DNA of 64,000 bases from Spirosoma fluviale (GCA_945901615.1 CAMDLI010000002.1:7-64006); one strand, 5' to 3'; counted from the first letter of the stretch, positions 48,281 to 58,349 are shown. The notes: generated by a model not told the origin, from the letters alone. Made by a program: numbers and translations.

Positions 48281-48358
48281 TCCCTCCAAAAAAAGAAAGG
48301 GAACAAGTTCACGAACAAAAGCGTTTTGTGTTTTGAATTGATTTCCTAACTTTCAATC

Positions 48359-49024
48359 ATGCAAGCTGCAGATTTTATCCACCCACTCATTCCATCCATC
48401 AAGATTTCTGATCCAGTAGGATCGGCATTAAAAAAAATGGAGGAGCTCGAGCTCACTACGCTTCCCGTAGTGGAGGGTGGCGTATTTTTAGGATTTGTAG
48501 AAGATGAAATTCTCCTGGAGCAGGACCATTTAGATATTCAGATTGCTCAGATAGAGCTTGAATGTGCCTCCTGCTGGGTGTATGCAGACCAGCATCTGTA
48601 TGATGTAATTCGGGTAGCTGGGGAGCATCAAACCAAATGGGTTGGCGTGATGGAGCGGGACCAGCAGTACCTTGGGGTCATTCCTACTCAGGATGCACTG
48701 ACTGCCTATGCCAATAATTTGTCCATTCATTCCCAAGGCAGTGTGTTGGTCATCTCCTTGCAGATGAAAGACTTCCAGCTTTCCGAAATTTCCCGACTTA
48801 TCGAATCAGAAAATACCAAAATTTTAAGTTGCCAGCTTTACAATGATCCCTTGGATTCGCAAGGAGTGGAGGTCACCCTTAAATTAGACAAGGTAGATAC
48901 CCGTCATGTAAAGGCCACCCTAGTTAGATTTGGATACCAGGTCAAGGACTTCGCTCAGGAGGAAGTTGGGCAGAGCGCGGATGAGGAACGCATTGGTAAT
49001 TTGTTGCGGTTTTTAGACATTTAG
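48359..49024 (+). CDS. CBS domain protein (AcuB-like)
   Basis: LPVV..G.FLG, YLGVI CBS motifs; SEISRLIES.N.KILS; upstream of nadK. Confidence 0.85.
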   Translation: MQAADFIHPLIPSIKISDPVGSALKKMEELELTTLPVVEGGVFLGFVEDEILLEQDHLDIQIAQIELECASCWVYADQHLYDVIRVAGEHQTKWVGVMERDQQYLGVIPTQDALTAYANNLSIHSQGSVLVISLQMKDFQLSEISRLIESENTKILSCQLYNDPLDSQGVEVTLKLDKVDTRHVKATLVRFGYQVKDFAQEEVGQSADEERIGNLLRFLDI

Positions 49025-49026
49025 AA

Positions 49027-49902
49027 ATGAGGGTTGCAATCCATGGTTTATCCTTAAAGACAGAATTTCTACCCATTCTTGGAGGCCTTTTTGAAAAGCT
49101 TCAATCCCTAGGGATTGCGATCTGCTTAACCCCAATTTTGGATCAACAGCTGCGACTTCTAAGCCCCTTAACTCCTGCCTATCAAATCCTCCAGCGTCCC
49201 GAAGACTTCGACGGGCTAGATTTTTTTCTTTCCATTGGAGGTGATGGCACGCTGCTAGACTCGGTTTGTATGGTTGGAAAAAAAGAAATACCAATCCTTG
49301 GACTCAATACCGGTAGACTAGGATTTTTGGCAAATGTGGCCACCGATAAAATCGGAGAAGCAATTGAAGAATTAGCCAAGGGCAATTACCAAATTGAATC
49401 TCGAATTTTGCTATCCTTGACTAGCTCCAAAAAACTATTCCATGGGGTCAATTTTGCCCTAAACGAGTTTACCATCCACAAAAAGGATACGTCATCGATG
49501 ATCACGGTTCACACCTATATCGACGGCAAGTACCTCAACTCCTACTGGGCGGATGGCTTAATCGTGGCTACCCCGACAGGATCCACTGGCTATTCTTTAA
49601 GTTGTGGTGGTCCATTAATCACTCCAGGTGCTAAAAATTTCGTAATTACCCCCGTTAGTCCACATAATCTGAATGTTCGCCCCATCATCGTGTCCGATGA
49701 GGCGGAGATTAGCTTTGAGATTGAAGGCCGTACGGATAAGTTTATGATTTCTTTAGACTCTAGGTCCACCTCAATAGCCTCCGAGGTGAAATTAAGCGTA
49801 AAAAAGGAAGCATTCTCCGCTAAATTGGTGAAATTGCCAAGCTATCATTTCTTTGACACCTTACGCCAAAAATTGAATTGGGGTTTGGACCTAAGAAATT
49901 GA
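49027..49902 (+). CDS. nadK: NAD kinase
   Basis: GGDGT, GRLGFLA, ALNE, ADGLIVATPTGSTGYSLSCGGP. Confidence 0.96.
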   Translation: MRVAIHGLSLKTEFLPILGGLFEKLQSLGIAICLTPILDQQLRLLSPLTPAYQILQRPEDFDGLDFFLSIGGDGTLLDSVCMVGKKEIPILGLNTGRLGFLANVATDKIGEAIEELAKGNYQIESRILLSLTSSKKLFHGVNFALNEFTIHKKDTSSMITVHTYIDGKYLNSYWADGLIVATPTGSTGYSLSCGGPLITPGAKNFVITPVSPHNLNVRPIIVSDEAEISFEIEGRTDKFMISLDSRSTSIASEVKLSVKKEAFSAKLVKLPSYHFFDTLRQKLNWGLDLRN

Positions 49903-49993
49903 TTCGTATGCCTTTACAAGCTTAACAATTATTAACCCCCTAAATACCAGACCTCGTTTTTTTAGCGTTAGGTAGTTCATAACTTGCATCGTC

Positions 49994-50752
49994 TTGAAAA
50001 AGATCAATTTTAAAATTTTTAAATCCTTAGTACTGGGTTTTTGCCTAGTATGTAGCCCAGCAGCACTAGTTGTTGCACAAAGCTATGAGATAGGGGCTGG
50101 TATAGGTACCGCTGTCTATTCGGGTGATATGATTCGAAAAATTGATACGCGCCAATCTGGCCTTCAAGGAACGTTATTTGGCAAGAGAAATTTTGACAAT
50201 GTTTGGAGCTTAAGAGTAGGAGTCAACCTAGCGGAGCTCATGGCGGCGGATAGCATCCGTCCCATTGATGCATTGGCCTCACTTCGGCAGGGACATTTTA
50301 CTGGTCGGGTCACCGAACTCTCTGCAATCATGGAGTTCAACTTCCTAGATTACGTCAACCACAAGAGTGAGTTTCGGTTTTCACCCTATGCTTTCTTTGG
50401 CATGGGCTACGCGTTTGTGAATGCAAAAGGGCGGATGAATGCCGGTACACCTGTACAAGAATACCGAACGGGTACCCTGGTTATTCCATTTGGAGGAGGG
50501 CTTAAGTTCCTACTCACCAATCAGCTCAACTTAGGATTGGAACTTGGCTTTCGCCCAACCACCTCAGACGAATTGGATCAGCTCAGCAGCACGCTTCCTG
50601 CCCTTCCGAGGTACGAGACTCCCATTGGCCCTGACACCAAAGCGATCCCCAAAAGCCTGAATTTTGGGAATCCCAATAGCAAGGATTGGTACTATTTTCT
50701 TGGTCTGACGGTCAGCTACACGCTCAACAAGGCCAGGTGCTTCACCTATTAA
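49994..50752 (+). CDS. porG: DUF6089 / PorG family outer-membrane beta-barrel
   Basis: Y.GD N-terminal motif, VIPFGGG.K, GNPNSKDWYYF.G; position upstream of uppS-bamA-skp-skp. Confidence 0.7.
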   Translation: MKKINFKIFKSLVLGFCLVCSPAALVVAQSYEIGAGIGTAVYSGDMIRKIDTRQSGLQGTLFGKRNFDNVWSLRVGVNLAELMAADSIRPIDALASLRQGHFTGRVTELSAIMEFNFLDYVNHKSEFRFSPYAFFGMGYAFVNAKGRMNAGTPVQEYRTGTLVIPFGGGLKFLLTNQLNLGLELGFRPTTSDELDQLSSTLPALPRYETPIGPDTKAIPKSLNFGNPNSKDWYYFLGLTVSYTLNKARCFTY

Positions 50753-50832
50753 TTTATTAGGCAGAGGGATATTTATTGAAAAAGAAATCCCATTTTTGTA
50801 CCTCCAAAAAAGTAGGTATTGCAGCCGCTGAA

Positions 50833-51570
50833 ATGAAGGAAAATATAGACCGAAACAACTTACCAAAGCACATTGCCATCATTATGGATGGGAACGGACG
50901 CTGGGCCAAAAATAAAGGGGCCATGCGTATATTTGGTCATAGGAATGCAATCCAGGCCGTGCGTGAATCCATTGAAGGAGCGGGAGAGCTGGGGATTCAA
51001 CACCTCACCCTTTTTTCGTTTTCTACAGAAAATTGGTCTCGGCCCCAAGATGAAATTCAGGCACTGATGCAACTGCTCGTAGAGACAATTGTAGCTGAAC
51101 TGTCTCAAATGATGAAAAACAACGTCCGATTGAATGCAATCGGAGATATAAAAAGCTTACCTACCTCTGCCTACGAAAAATTGACCGAGGTAATGCACCA
51201 AACATCCACCAATACAGGGCTCACAGTACATTTGGCCTTGAGCTACAGTGGACAATGGGAACTTACTCAGGCTGCCCAACGCATTGCTCAAAAAGTCTCT
51301 GAAGGCAAATTACGCCCAGAGGAAATTACCCAAGCCACAGTAGCGGATCATTTAGATACCGCAGGAATCCCAGATCCAGAACTGATGATTCGTACGAGTG
51401 GTGAGTTTAGAATAAGTAATTTCTTGCTCTGGCAACTGGCATACACCGAATTGTATTTTACAGAGGTGTTGTGGCCAGATTTCAGAAAAGAACACCTGTT
51501 TGCCGCAATTGAAGATTACCAAAAGAGAGAGAGAAGGTTTGGAAAAACCGGTGAGCAAGTTAAACCCTAA
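50833..51570 (+). CDS. uppS: Undecaprenyl diphosphate synthase (cis-isoprenyl transferase)
   Basis: PKHIAIIMDGNGRWA, FSTENW.RP, IRTSGE.RISNFLLWQ, RRFG. Confidence 0.96.
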   Translation: MKENIDRNNLPKHIAIIMDGNGRWAKNKGAMRIFGHRNAIQAVRESIEGAGELGIQHLTLFSFSTENWSRPQDEIQALMQLLVETIVAELSQMMKNNVRLNAIGDIKSLPTSAYEKLTEVMHQTSTNTGLTVHLALSYSGQWELTQAAQRIAQKVSEGKLRPEEITQATVADHLDTAGIPDPELMIRTSGEFRISNFLLWQLAYTELYFTEVLWPDFRKEHLFAAIEDYQKRERRFGKTGEQVKP

Positions 51571-51576
51571 GTATTA

Positions 51577-54273
51577 ATGAAAAGAAGTATACTCATTCTG
51601 TTTTGTTTGATTTGGTCGGCAAGTTCTATGGCGCAAATCCGTTTGGGCCAAAGTCGCTATGCCTCCACCAAGCCAGTCAACATTCTGGAATTGAACTATG
51701 CAAAGCCTCAAAAATTTAGAATCGCTGAGATTAAGGCAGTAGGGCTTTCTACACTGGACGAAGTGGCCATCATTTCCCTATCGGGTTTGAAAGTAGACGA
51801 CCGGATCGATGTGCCTGGTGACGCTATCTCTGGTGCATTAAAAAAACTATGGGGTCAAGGCATCATTGGGGATGTCAAAATTTTGGTGACGAAGATTGAA
51901 GGAGAGGACATTTACCTGCTTCTTGACCTTACCGAGAGACCCCGATTCTCCCGTGTGGAATTTGAAGGTATCAACAAAACCCAAGAGGGTGAATTACGAG
52001 ATAAGGTAAACATTCGTGGTCGAGTGGTACGTGATGATGTACTCAACACCGCCAAACGAAATATTGAAAAGTATTACCTGGAAAAAGGATTCCTCAATAC
52101 CGAGGTAAAAATCATTCAGGACCGTGACACGACATTGCCCAATAGCGTCAAACTTCGCTTTGACATCGATCCTAAATCCAAGGTAAAAATCAACGAGATT
52201 GCTTTTTATGGGAATGATGAAATCAGCGATCGTGCGCTGAAAGGAAAGATGAAGAAAACAAAAGAGCATGCTCGCGTATCCATCTTTAAAGATGTCTACA
52301 GCCGCGTGCTTGATGCAGATAAGGAAAGCCTTACTCGGTCCCTTCTCTCCAGTAAGGTGGCCACATCGGAGGATGTAAACTCCTACATCAACAAAAATTT
52401 TAAGCTCAATTTCTTTAATGGATCCAAATACAATCCAAAGGAATACAGAGCAGACAAAGACAAGGCCATTGCCTTCTACAATAGCAAGGGATTTAGAGAT
52501 GCCAAGATCCAAGCGGATTCCATCTATAAATTCAGCGAAGACAAGATCAACGTAGACATCTCCCTAGTGGAGGGCAACAAATACTACTACCGCAACATCT
52601 CCTTCACAGGGAACTATATCCACGACGATGCGGTCCTACTTGCTAAATTAGGCATCGAAAAGGGGGATGTCTACGACAAAGAAACGCTAGACAAACGACT
52701 CAACTACGATCCCCAAAAAGGGGATGATGTCAGTTCCTTATACCAAGACAATGGATACCTGTTTTTTAGTATTGACCCAGTAGAGATCAATGTAAGCGGA
52801 GACTCGATTGACCTCGAAATGCGAATTTTTGAAGGTCCTCAGGTAACGGTGAATAGCGTCGGTATCAAGGGCAACGACCGGACCTCCGATCACGTGGTGA
52901 TGCGAGAAATACGTATTCTTCCAGGTCAGAAATTTAACCGAAGCTTATTGGTACGTACCATTCGTGAACTTTCTACGCTAGGTTACTTTGATCCAGAAAA
53001 AATCAACCCAGACCTTCGTCCCAACTTTGAAAGCGCGACAGTAGACATTATTTTCGAATTGGAAGAACGACCAAACGATCAGATTGAATTGTCTGGTGGC
53101 TGGGGAGGATTCTTTGGGTTTGTGGGGACTGTAGGCTTGGTATTCAACAACTTCTCCATCAAAAACATTGGAGATTTCAAGAAGTGGGATCCACTCCCAG
53201 TAGGTGATGGACAAAAACTTTCGGTACGCGTACAAGCCAACGGACAAGCCTTCCAAAACTACTCCCTCTCCTTGAGTGAGCCTTGGTTTGGTGGCAAAAA
53301 GCCAAACTCACTCAGCTTTTCTTTCAACCACTCTGTACAGCGACAAGTAGATTACTTCAATCAAACTCCAGGCGGAGGGGATTTGGGATTCTTCAAAATC
53401 ACCGGGGTGACACTAGGACTTTCCAAGCGAATCACTTGGCCTGATGATTACTTCAGTATCAGTAACTCCATTCAGTTCCAGAACTACGAGTTCAACCAGT
53501 TTGGAACTTCATTTGGATTGAGCTACCCTACTGGAAACTCGAAAAGTGTGATTTTGAACACCACCGTGGCCAGAAATAACGTGGACAACACAATCTATCC
53601 ACGACAAGGATCCAATATCATCCTATCGATGAATTTGACTCCTCCTTATACTTCTTTGAATAAGTCACTGAACGAGGAGTCTGGAGATCAGGAAAAATAC
53701 AAGTGGCTCGAATACCACAAGTGGATGTTTGATGCATCCTTCTATACCCCACTCTTTGGATCTACTAAATTCGTAGCAAGTGCTCGTGCACACATGGGCT
53801 TCCTTGGCTCCTACGGCAACAAGATCGGCATCATTCCTTTGGAGCGTTTTGTGATGGGTGGAGATGGAATGAACTTCAACAACTTTGCACTCGGTCAAGA
53901 GATTGTAGGTTTGAGAGGATACGAAAACCAAACCATCACCCCAGGTAGAGATTCTCGAGGCACAGCTAATCCCGAACCTTACGGTGGGGTCGTATACAAT
54001 AAATATGTGATGGAACTTCGATTCCTAGTTTCCCCTAACCCTTCTGCAACCATCTTCTTGCTCACCTTTGCAGAGGCAGGCAATAACTGGGGAAACTACA
54101 GGGATTTCAATCCTTATGATCTTAAGAAGGCGGCAGGTGCAGGCGCACGAATTTTCATGCCTGCATTTGGTCTAATTGGTGTTGATTGGGGATACGGGTT
54201 TGACTTAGCCCCTGGCACATTAAAGCGAAGTGGTCCACAATTCCACTTTACAATTGGGCAACAGTTCAGATAA
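51577..54273 (+). CDS. bamA: Outer membrane protein assembly factor BamA
   Basis: POTRA repeats, LRGY loop-6 motif, FAEAGN.W, C-terminal FHFTIGQQF. Confidence 0.95.
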   Translation: MKRSILILFCLIWSASSMAQIRLGQSRYASTKPVNILELNYAKPQKFRIAEIKAVGLSTLDEVAIISLSGLKVDDRIDVPGDAISGALKKLWGQGIIGDVKILVTKIEGEDIYLLLDLTERPRFSRVEFEGINKTQEGELRDKVNIRGRVVRDDVLNTAKRNIEKYYLEKGFLNTEVKIIQDRDTTLPNSVKLRFDIDPKSKVKINEIAFYGNDEISDRALKGKMKKTKEHARVSIFKDVYSRVLDADKESLTRSLLSSKVATSEDVNSYINKNFKLNFFNGSKYNPKEYRADKDKAIAFYNSKGFRDAKIQADSIYKFSEDKINVDISLVEGNKYYYRNISFTGNYIHDDAVLLAKLGIEKGDVYDKETLDKRLNYDPQKGDDVSSLYQDNGYLFFSIDPVEINVSGDSIDLEMRIFEGPQVTVNSVGIKGNDRTSDHVVMREIRILPGQKFNRSLLVRTIRELSTLGYFDPEKINPDLRPNFESATVDIIFELEERPNDQIELSGGWGGFFGFVGTVGLVFNNFSIKNIGDFKKWDPLPVGDGQKLSVRVQANGQAFQNYSLSLSEPWFGGKKPNSLSFSFNHSVQRQVDYFNQTPGGGDLGFFKITGVTLGLSKRITWPDDYFSISNSIQFQNYEFNQFGTSFGLSYPTGNSKSVILNTTVARNNVDNTIYPRQGSNIILSMNLTPPYTSLNKSLNEESGDQEKYKWLEYHKWMFDASFYTPLFGSTKFVASARAHMGFLGSYGNKIGIIPLERFVMGGDGMNFNNFALGQEIVGLRGYENQTITPGRDSRGTANPEPYGGVVYNKYVMELRFLVSPNPSATIFLLTFAEAGNNWGNYRDFNPYDLKKAAGAGARIFMPAFGLIGVDWGYGFDLAPGTLKRSGPQFHFTIGQQFR

Positions 54274-54361
54274 TCTTTTGGAATTCTCAGCGTTTGTTAA
54301 TTTATGTTAGGAAAAGACTAAATTTTGTTTGCTAGAGCTAATCCAAAATCAGGAAGAACGC

Positions 54362-54892
54362 ATGAATAAATCATTCAAAATTGTACTTTTACTTTTCATT
54401 ATCCTGTATTCAGGACCGCTAGCGGCCCAAAAGTTCGGATACATCGATTCTGAATACATTCTCAACAAGCATCCAGATTACAAGTTGGTGCTGGATGAAC
54501 TGAAGAAGCAGAGTGAAGAATGGAAAAAAGAGGCACAAAATTTGGACCAAGAGATCAAGGAACTATCCACGCAGCTAAAGGCTGAAGAAGTCCTACTCAC
54601 CGAAGAAATGTACCAAAAGAGAGTAGAGTTAATCAAAGCAAAGCAAAAGGCTTCGCAAGAGTTTAATAGTAGGATATTTGGGATTGATGGTATGTACTAC
54701 CAAAAGCAGGCCGAGTTACTTCAGCCGCTACAATCCAAAATATACGATGCCATCGAACGGGTATCTCGCAGAAATAACCTCGCCGTCCTCTTTGATAAGG
54801 CAGCTGGTCCCTCTGCAATCATTTACACAGATCCAAGACATGACTATTCTGAGTTTGTCCTGGAAGAATTAGGAATTGAAGACAACAAATAA
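54362..54892 (+). CDS. skp: OmpH/Skp periplasmic chaperone
   Basis: AQKFGYID..YIL, coiled coil, LFDKA. Confidence 0.9.
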   Translation: MNKSFKIVLLLFIILYSGPLAAQKFGYIDSEYILNKHPDYKLVLDELKKQSEEWKKEAQNLDQEIKELSTQLKAEEVLLTEEMYQKRVELIKAKQKASQEFNSRIFGIDGMYYQKQAELLQPLQSKIYDAIERVSRRNNLAVLFDKAAGPSAIIYTDPRHDYSEFVLEELGIEDNK

Positions 54893-54904
54893 ATACAAAC
54901 CAAA

Positions 54905-55453
54905 ATGATGAAAGTAAATGTTATCCTAGCAACAATGGCCTTGCTATTGGTAGGATTCACCGCCCAAGCTCAGAGCACTGTAAAAATCGGGTACACCAGC
55001 GTAGAATTGATCATGGATTTGATGCCAGAAATGGAGCAAATTGGCGCAGACGTACAGGATTACCAAACACAGCTGCAAACCAACATTCAAACAAAAGCTG
55101 CTGACTTCCAAAAGCAGGTAGAAGCTTATCAAAAGGCTGCTCCTACGATGGCTGAAGCTGCTAGAGCAGCAAAAGAGCAAGAGCTAACCAAGCTTCGTGA
55201 CGATCTACAAAAGTACGAGCAAGATGCACAGACTTCTTACCAAAGAAAGTTAAGTGAGCTTTTGGAGCCCGTGCAAACCAAAGTAATCAATGCGATCAAT
55301 GCTGTGGCTGCAGAGAACAACTACACGCACATCTTTGCTGAAACTGCTGGACAGGCACCTATTCTTCTTTATACCAAGGAAGAAGATAAATTTACTGAAT
55401 TGGTATTGACCAAGTTGGGTATCCCACTTCCTCAGAAACCAGCTCAAAAATAA
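54905..55453 (+). CDS. skp: OmpH/Skp periplasmic chaperone, second paralogue
   Basis: KIGY...I...MPE, coiled coil, AI.AVA.EN.YTHIF. Confidence 0.9.
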   Translation: MMKVNVILATMALLLVGFTAQAQSTVKIGYTSVELIMDLMPEMEQIGADVQDYQTQLQTNIQTKAADFQKQVEAYQKAAPTMAEAARAAKEQELTKLRDDLQKYEQDAQTSYQRKLSELLEPVQTKVINAINAVAAENNYTHIFAETAGQAPILLYTKEEDKFTELVLTKLGIPLPQKPAQK

Positions 55454-55460
55454 AAATTAG

Positions 55461-55484
55461 ACCGGCCCATTGGCCGGTTTTTTT
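55461..55484 (+). terminator. Intrinsic terminator after skp
   Basis: ACCGGCC-CATT-GGCCGGT followed by T run. Confidence 0.8.
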
Positions 55485-55790
55485 ATGCCTAAAAAATCTC
55501 CCAAAGAAATCTTACAGCAAAGTCAAGAACTACTCCTTGTTGACTTTCATGCAGATTGGTGTGGCCCTTGCCAGACATTAGCGCCAATTCTAGATCGGGT
55601 GGTGGCCGAACTAGATGGAAAGGTAACCCTCTACAAAGTCAATGTGGACAAGCATCCACAGCTCTCGCAACAGTTTGCCATTCGCTCCATTCCCCACCTC
55701 ATGCTATTCAAAAAAGGAAAGATCCTATGGCGGAAAGGAGGCCTCATCACCAACGCAGAACTGCTGAAGCAACTCAGGGCATTTGTATAA
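55485..55790 (+). CDS. Thioredoxin
   Basis: VDFHADWCGPC, IRSIP; ATG 55485. Confidence 0.93.
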   Translation: MPKKSPKEILQQSQELLLVDFHADWCGPCQTLAPILDRVVAELDGKVTLYKVNVDKHPQLSQQFAIRSIPHLMLFKKGKILWRKGGLITNAELLKQLRAFV

Positions 55791-55817
55791 AAAAAAGGGG
55801 CTCAAGCCCCTTTTTTT
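55789..55817. terminator. Bidirectional terminator between trx and rluB
   Basis: A8-GGGGC-TCAA-GCCCC-T7. Confidence 0.85.
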
Positions 55818-57405
55818 AGATGTAATATTTCAAACGGATGACTTCTTGTTCACTCAAGAACCTGTAATGTCCTCTCTTCAAATCTTTTTTATCCAAGCCC
55901 GCATACATCACCCGATCCAAAGCTTCTACTTCGTAACCCAGGTGCGCAAAAATTCGACGGACAATCCGGTTTCTACCTACGTGGATCTCTAGACCAAGGA
56001 TATTTCTATCCTTAGAGAGCACTTGCAAATCATCTACCTTGACATCTCCATCCTCAAGGGTAAGCCCTTCCAGAATATCTTCCTCATCCTTGGCGGTCAA
56101 AGCCTTATCCAAGGTGACCTGGTAAATTTTCTTGATCTCGTTCGAAGGGTGGGAAAGCTTAGCTGCCAGTTCCCCATCATTGGTAAACAAGAGCAAGCCA
56201 GTTGTATTTCTATCCAAACGACCTACTGGGAAAATCCGCTCCTCACAGGCATTTTCAACCAACTTCATGACCGTCTTGCGCTCCATGGGATCTTCGGTAG
56301 TGGTGATGAAATCTTTGGGCTTATTTAACAAGACATAAACTGGCTTTTCAGGATTGATTTTCTTTCCCTGAAAGACCACATTATCGGTCTTTTTGACCTT
56401 GTAGCCCATCTCTTTGATCACTTCTCCATTGACTACCACAAGACCCTTGGAAATCAACTCATCGGCTTCTCTACGGCCACAAATGCCCGAATTGGCCACA
56501 TACTTGTTGAGGCGGATCAAATCTCCCGATTCCTTTTTATTCTTTTTCTGAGGAAGGGCATCAAAATTATAGTCCGGGCGGTCAGAGTTCAACTCCACAA
56601 ACTTGCTTCTATTCTTGCCAAAACCGCGCTTTTCACCGCTAGATTCAGCGCCAAAAGTCTTTGTTTCAATGGCGTAAACAGGCTGCTGATCCTTGCCTCT
56701 TCCTTTGTAAACGCGCTTTTCGCCAGGAGCTAAACTGGATTTTTCAGAAGAAAAATCTTTCTTGAATCCCTTTTCCTTATCGAATCCAGAATTCTTTGAA
56801 AAACCTTCTTTTTTATCTCCAGACCTGCTACGTTCTGAATAGGGTTTTTTATCGCCGGAGCTACTGCGCTCTGAATAGGGCTTTTTATCCTTGGAACTAC
56901 CGCGTGCTGAATACGGTTTTTTATCCCCAGGTCTGCTACGTTCTGCATAGGGTTTTTTATCCCGTGAAGTATCGTCAAACTTTTTTTCAGACCCAGTATC
57001 TTTTTTGAATCGAGTTGGCTTATCTCCAAAGGACTTCTTGGAAAAAGAAGAAGACTCTTTGCTTTCCCATTTCTTAGGGCCTCCTGATTCTTTACCGGCA
57101 AACTTGCTGCCAAAGCCTCTTTTTTCTCCCCTTTCTTCTCCACCTCTCGGTAAGGAAGGACGCTCGCTCCGCTCCTCTGGTTGGCCTTTAAAAAATCTAC
57201 CTTTTGAAGAACTCGAAGAGGAGAAACCCTCTTTTCCTTTTTTGTCGTAGGACTTTTTGTCGTCCCCAAAAGACTTCCCATTTCCTCGTCCCGATCCTTC
57301 TTGTCTTGAGGAAGATGCTCCCCTGTTGGATCTACCCCCTTTGGGAGTCTCAGATCCCTTCTTTCCCTCACCAAAAGATGATTTTCTAGGATTATTTTTT
57401 TTCAT
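55816..57405 (-). CDS. rRNA pseudouridine synthase (RluB/RsuA family) with ~290-aa low-complexity N-terminal extension
   Basis: S4 domain RLNKYVANSGICGRREAD, LLNKPKD, VGRLDRNTTGLLLFTNDG, GRNRIVRR. Confidence 0.92.
   Translation of the reverse strand: MKKNNPRKSSFGEGKKGSETPKGGRSNRGASSSRQEGSGRGNGKSFGDDKKSYDKKGKEGFSSSSSSKGRFFKGQPEERSERPSLPRGGEERGEKRGFGSKFAGKESGGPKKWESKESSSFSKKSFGDKPTRFKKDTGSEKKFDDTSRDKKPYAERSRPGDKKPYSARGSSKDKKPYSERSSSGDKKPYSERSRSGDKKEGFSKNSGFDKEKGFKKDFSSEKSSLAPGEKRVYKGRGKDQQPVYAIETKTFGAESSGEKRGFGKNRSKFVELNSDRPDYNFDALPQKKNKKESGDLIRLNKYVANSGICGRREADELISKGLVVVNGEVIKEMGYKVKKTDNVVFQGKKINPEKPVYVLLNKPKDFITTTEDPMERKTVMKLVENACEERIFPVGRLDRNTTGLLLFTNDGELAAKLSHPSNEIKKIYQVTLDKALTAKDEEDILEGLTLEDGDVKVDDLQVLSKDRNILGLEIHVGRNRIVRRIFAHLGYEVEALDRVMYAGLDKKDLKRGHYRFLSEQEVIRLKYYI
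56809..56961 (-). repeat. In-frame 36-bp tandem repeat (~4.3 copies) encoding DKKPY(S/A)xRxxxx
   Basis: TTTTTATC anchors with ATC at 56815, 56851, 56887, 56923, 56959 (exact 36-nt period). Confidence 0.9.
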
Positions 57406-57477
57406 GCTGTTGCAGCATCACTGCTGTAGTTTTGTAAATGAATTTACCTTCTGATTACCAAAGGTGTAAAGTGGGCA

Positions 57478-57485
57478 CAAAGATA
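57478..57485 (-). promoter_or_regulatory. -7 element TATCTTTG for the pseudouridine synthase
   Basis: Exact match ~72 nt upstream of ATG. Confidence 0.65.
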
Positions 57486-57527
57486 CATGGAAAGGAATCA
57501 ATACTGAGCTACTTTCCAAAATATTCC

Positions 57528-58349
57528 TTAAGCTTTAGCTTCGTTTTTATAATAATATTCTGTGGCATTTCGTACAGAACCCTGAGTTAGTAGCAGCTCC
57601 TTTGCCTGCTCATAGGATACCCCAGTAGCTTCTACAATCATTTTGGTTCCCCGATCAACCAACTTTTCATTGGACAATTGCATGTCCACCATCTTATTTC
57701 CCTTGACGCGTCCCAGTTTGATCATCACCGCTGTAGAGATCATGTTCAGCACCAGTTTTTGAGCCGTACCGGATTTCATACGCGTACTTCCAGTCACAAA
57801 TTCAGGCCCGACCACCACCTCAATGGGGTAATCCACCCCCTGGCCAAGTAGTGAATCTGGGTTGCAAGTAATCCCTGCCGTGAGCAAACCCATCTCCTTT
57901 GCTTTCTTTACGCCTCCCAAAACATAGGGGGTACTTCCTGAAGCAGCTATGCCAATGACCGTGTCCTTGGCTGAAAAGCCAAAGGCTTGAATATCTTTCC
58001 ATGCCTGCTCCACATCGTCTTCGGCATGCTCTACCGCTTTTCGAATGGCTGCATCACCTCCCGCGATAAGCCCAATCACCCAATTGTGAGGAACTCCATA
58101 GGTAGGAGGACACTCTGAAGCATCCAATATACCCAATCGCCCACTCGTCCCTGCTCCTATGTATATTAGCCGGCCCCCTTCACGCATACGAGGCACGATT
58201 TCATCCACCAATGCCGCGATCTGCTCCAATTTATCTTTGACTGCTGGCGCTACTTTATGGTCTTCCGCATTGATTTTTTCCACCAATTCGTGAGCGCTCA
58301 TCTGCTCCAAATTTTCATAGCTAGAGCTACTTTCGGTAATTTTTTTCAT
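57528..58349 (-). CDS. murQ: N-acetylmuramic acid 6-phosphate etherase
   Basis: GAGTSGRLGILDASECPPTYG, AVEHAED, GPEFVTGSTRMKSGTAQKLVLNMIST; true start 58349 (ATGA overlap). Confidence 0.95.
   Translation of the reverse strand: MKKITESSSSYENLEQMSAHELVEKINAEDHKVAPAVKDKLEQIAALVDEIVPRMREGGRLIYIGAGTSGRLGILDASECPPTYGVPHNWVIGLIAGGDAAIRKAVEHAEDDVEQAWKDIQAFGFSAKDTVIGIAASGSTPYVLGGVKKAKEMGLLTAGITCNPDSLLGQGVDYPIEVVVGPEFVTGSTRMKSGTAQKLVLNMISTAVMIKLGRVKGNKMVDMQLSNEKLVDRGTKMIVEATGVSYEQAKELLLTQGSVRNATEYYYKNEAKA

Noticed and set aside
56730-57374. 214-aa alternative-frame ORF inside the pseudouridine synthase arm, raising a possible frameshift
   Set aside because: The purine-rich repetitive sequence is depleted of stop codons; the main frame is continuous into the catalytic domain.
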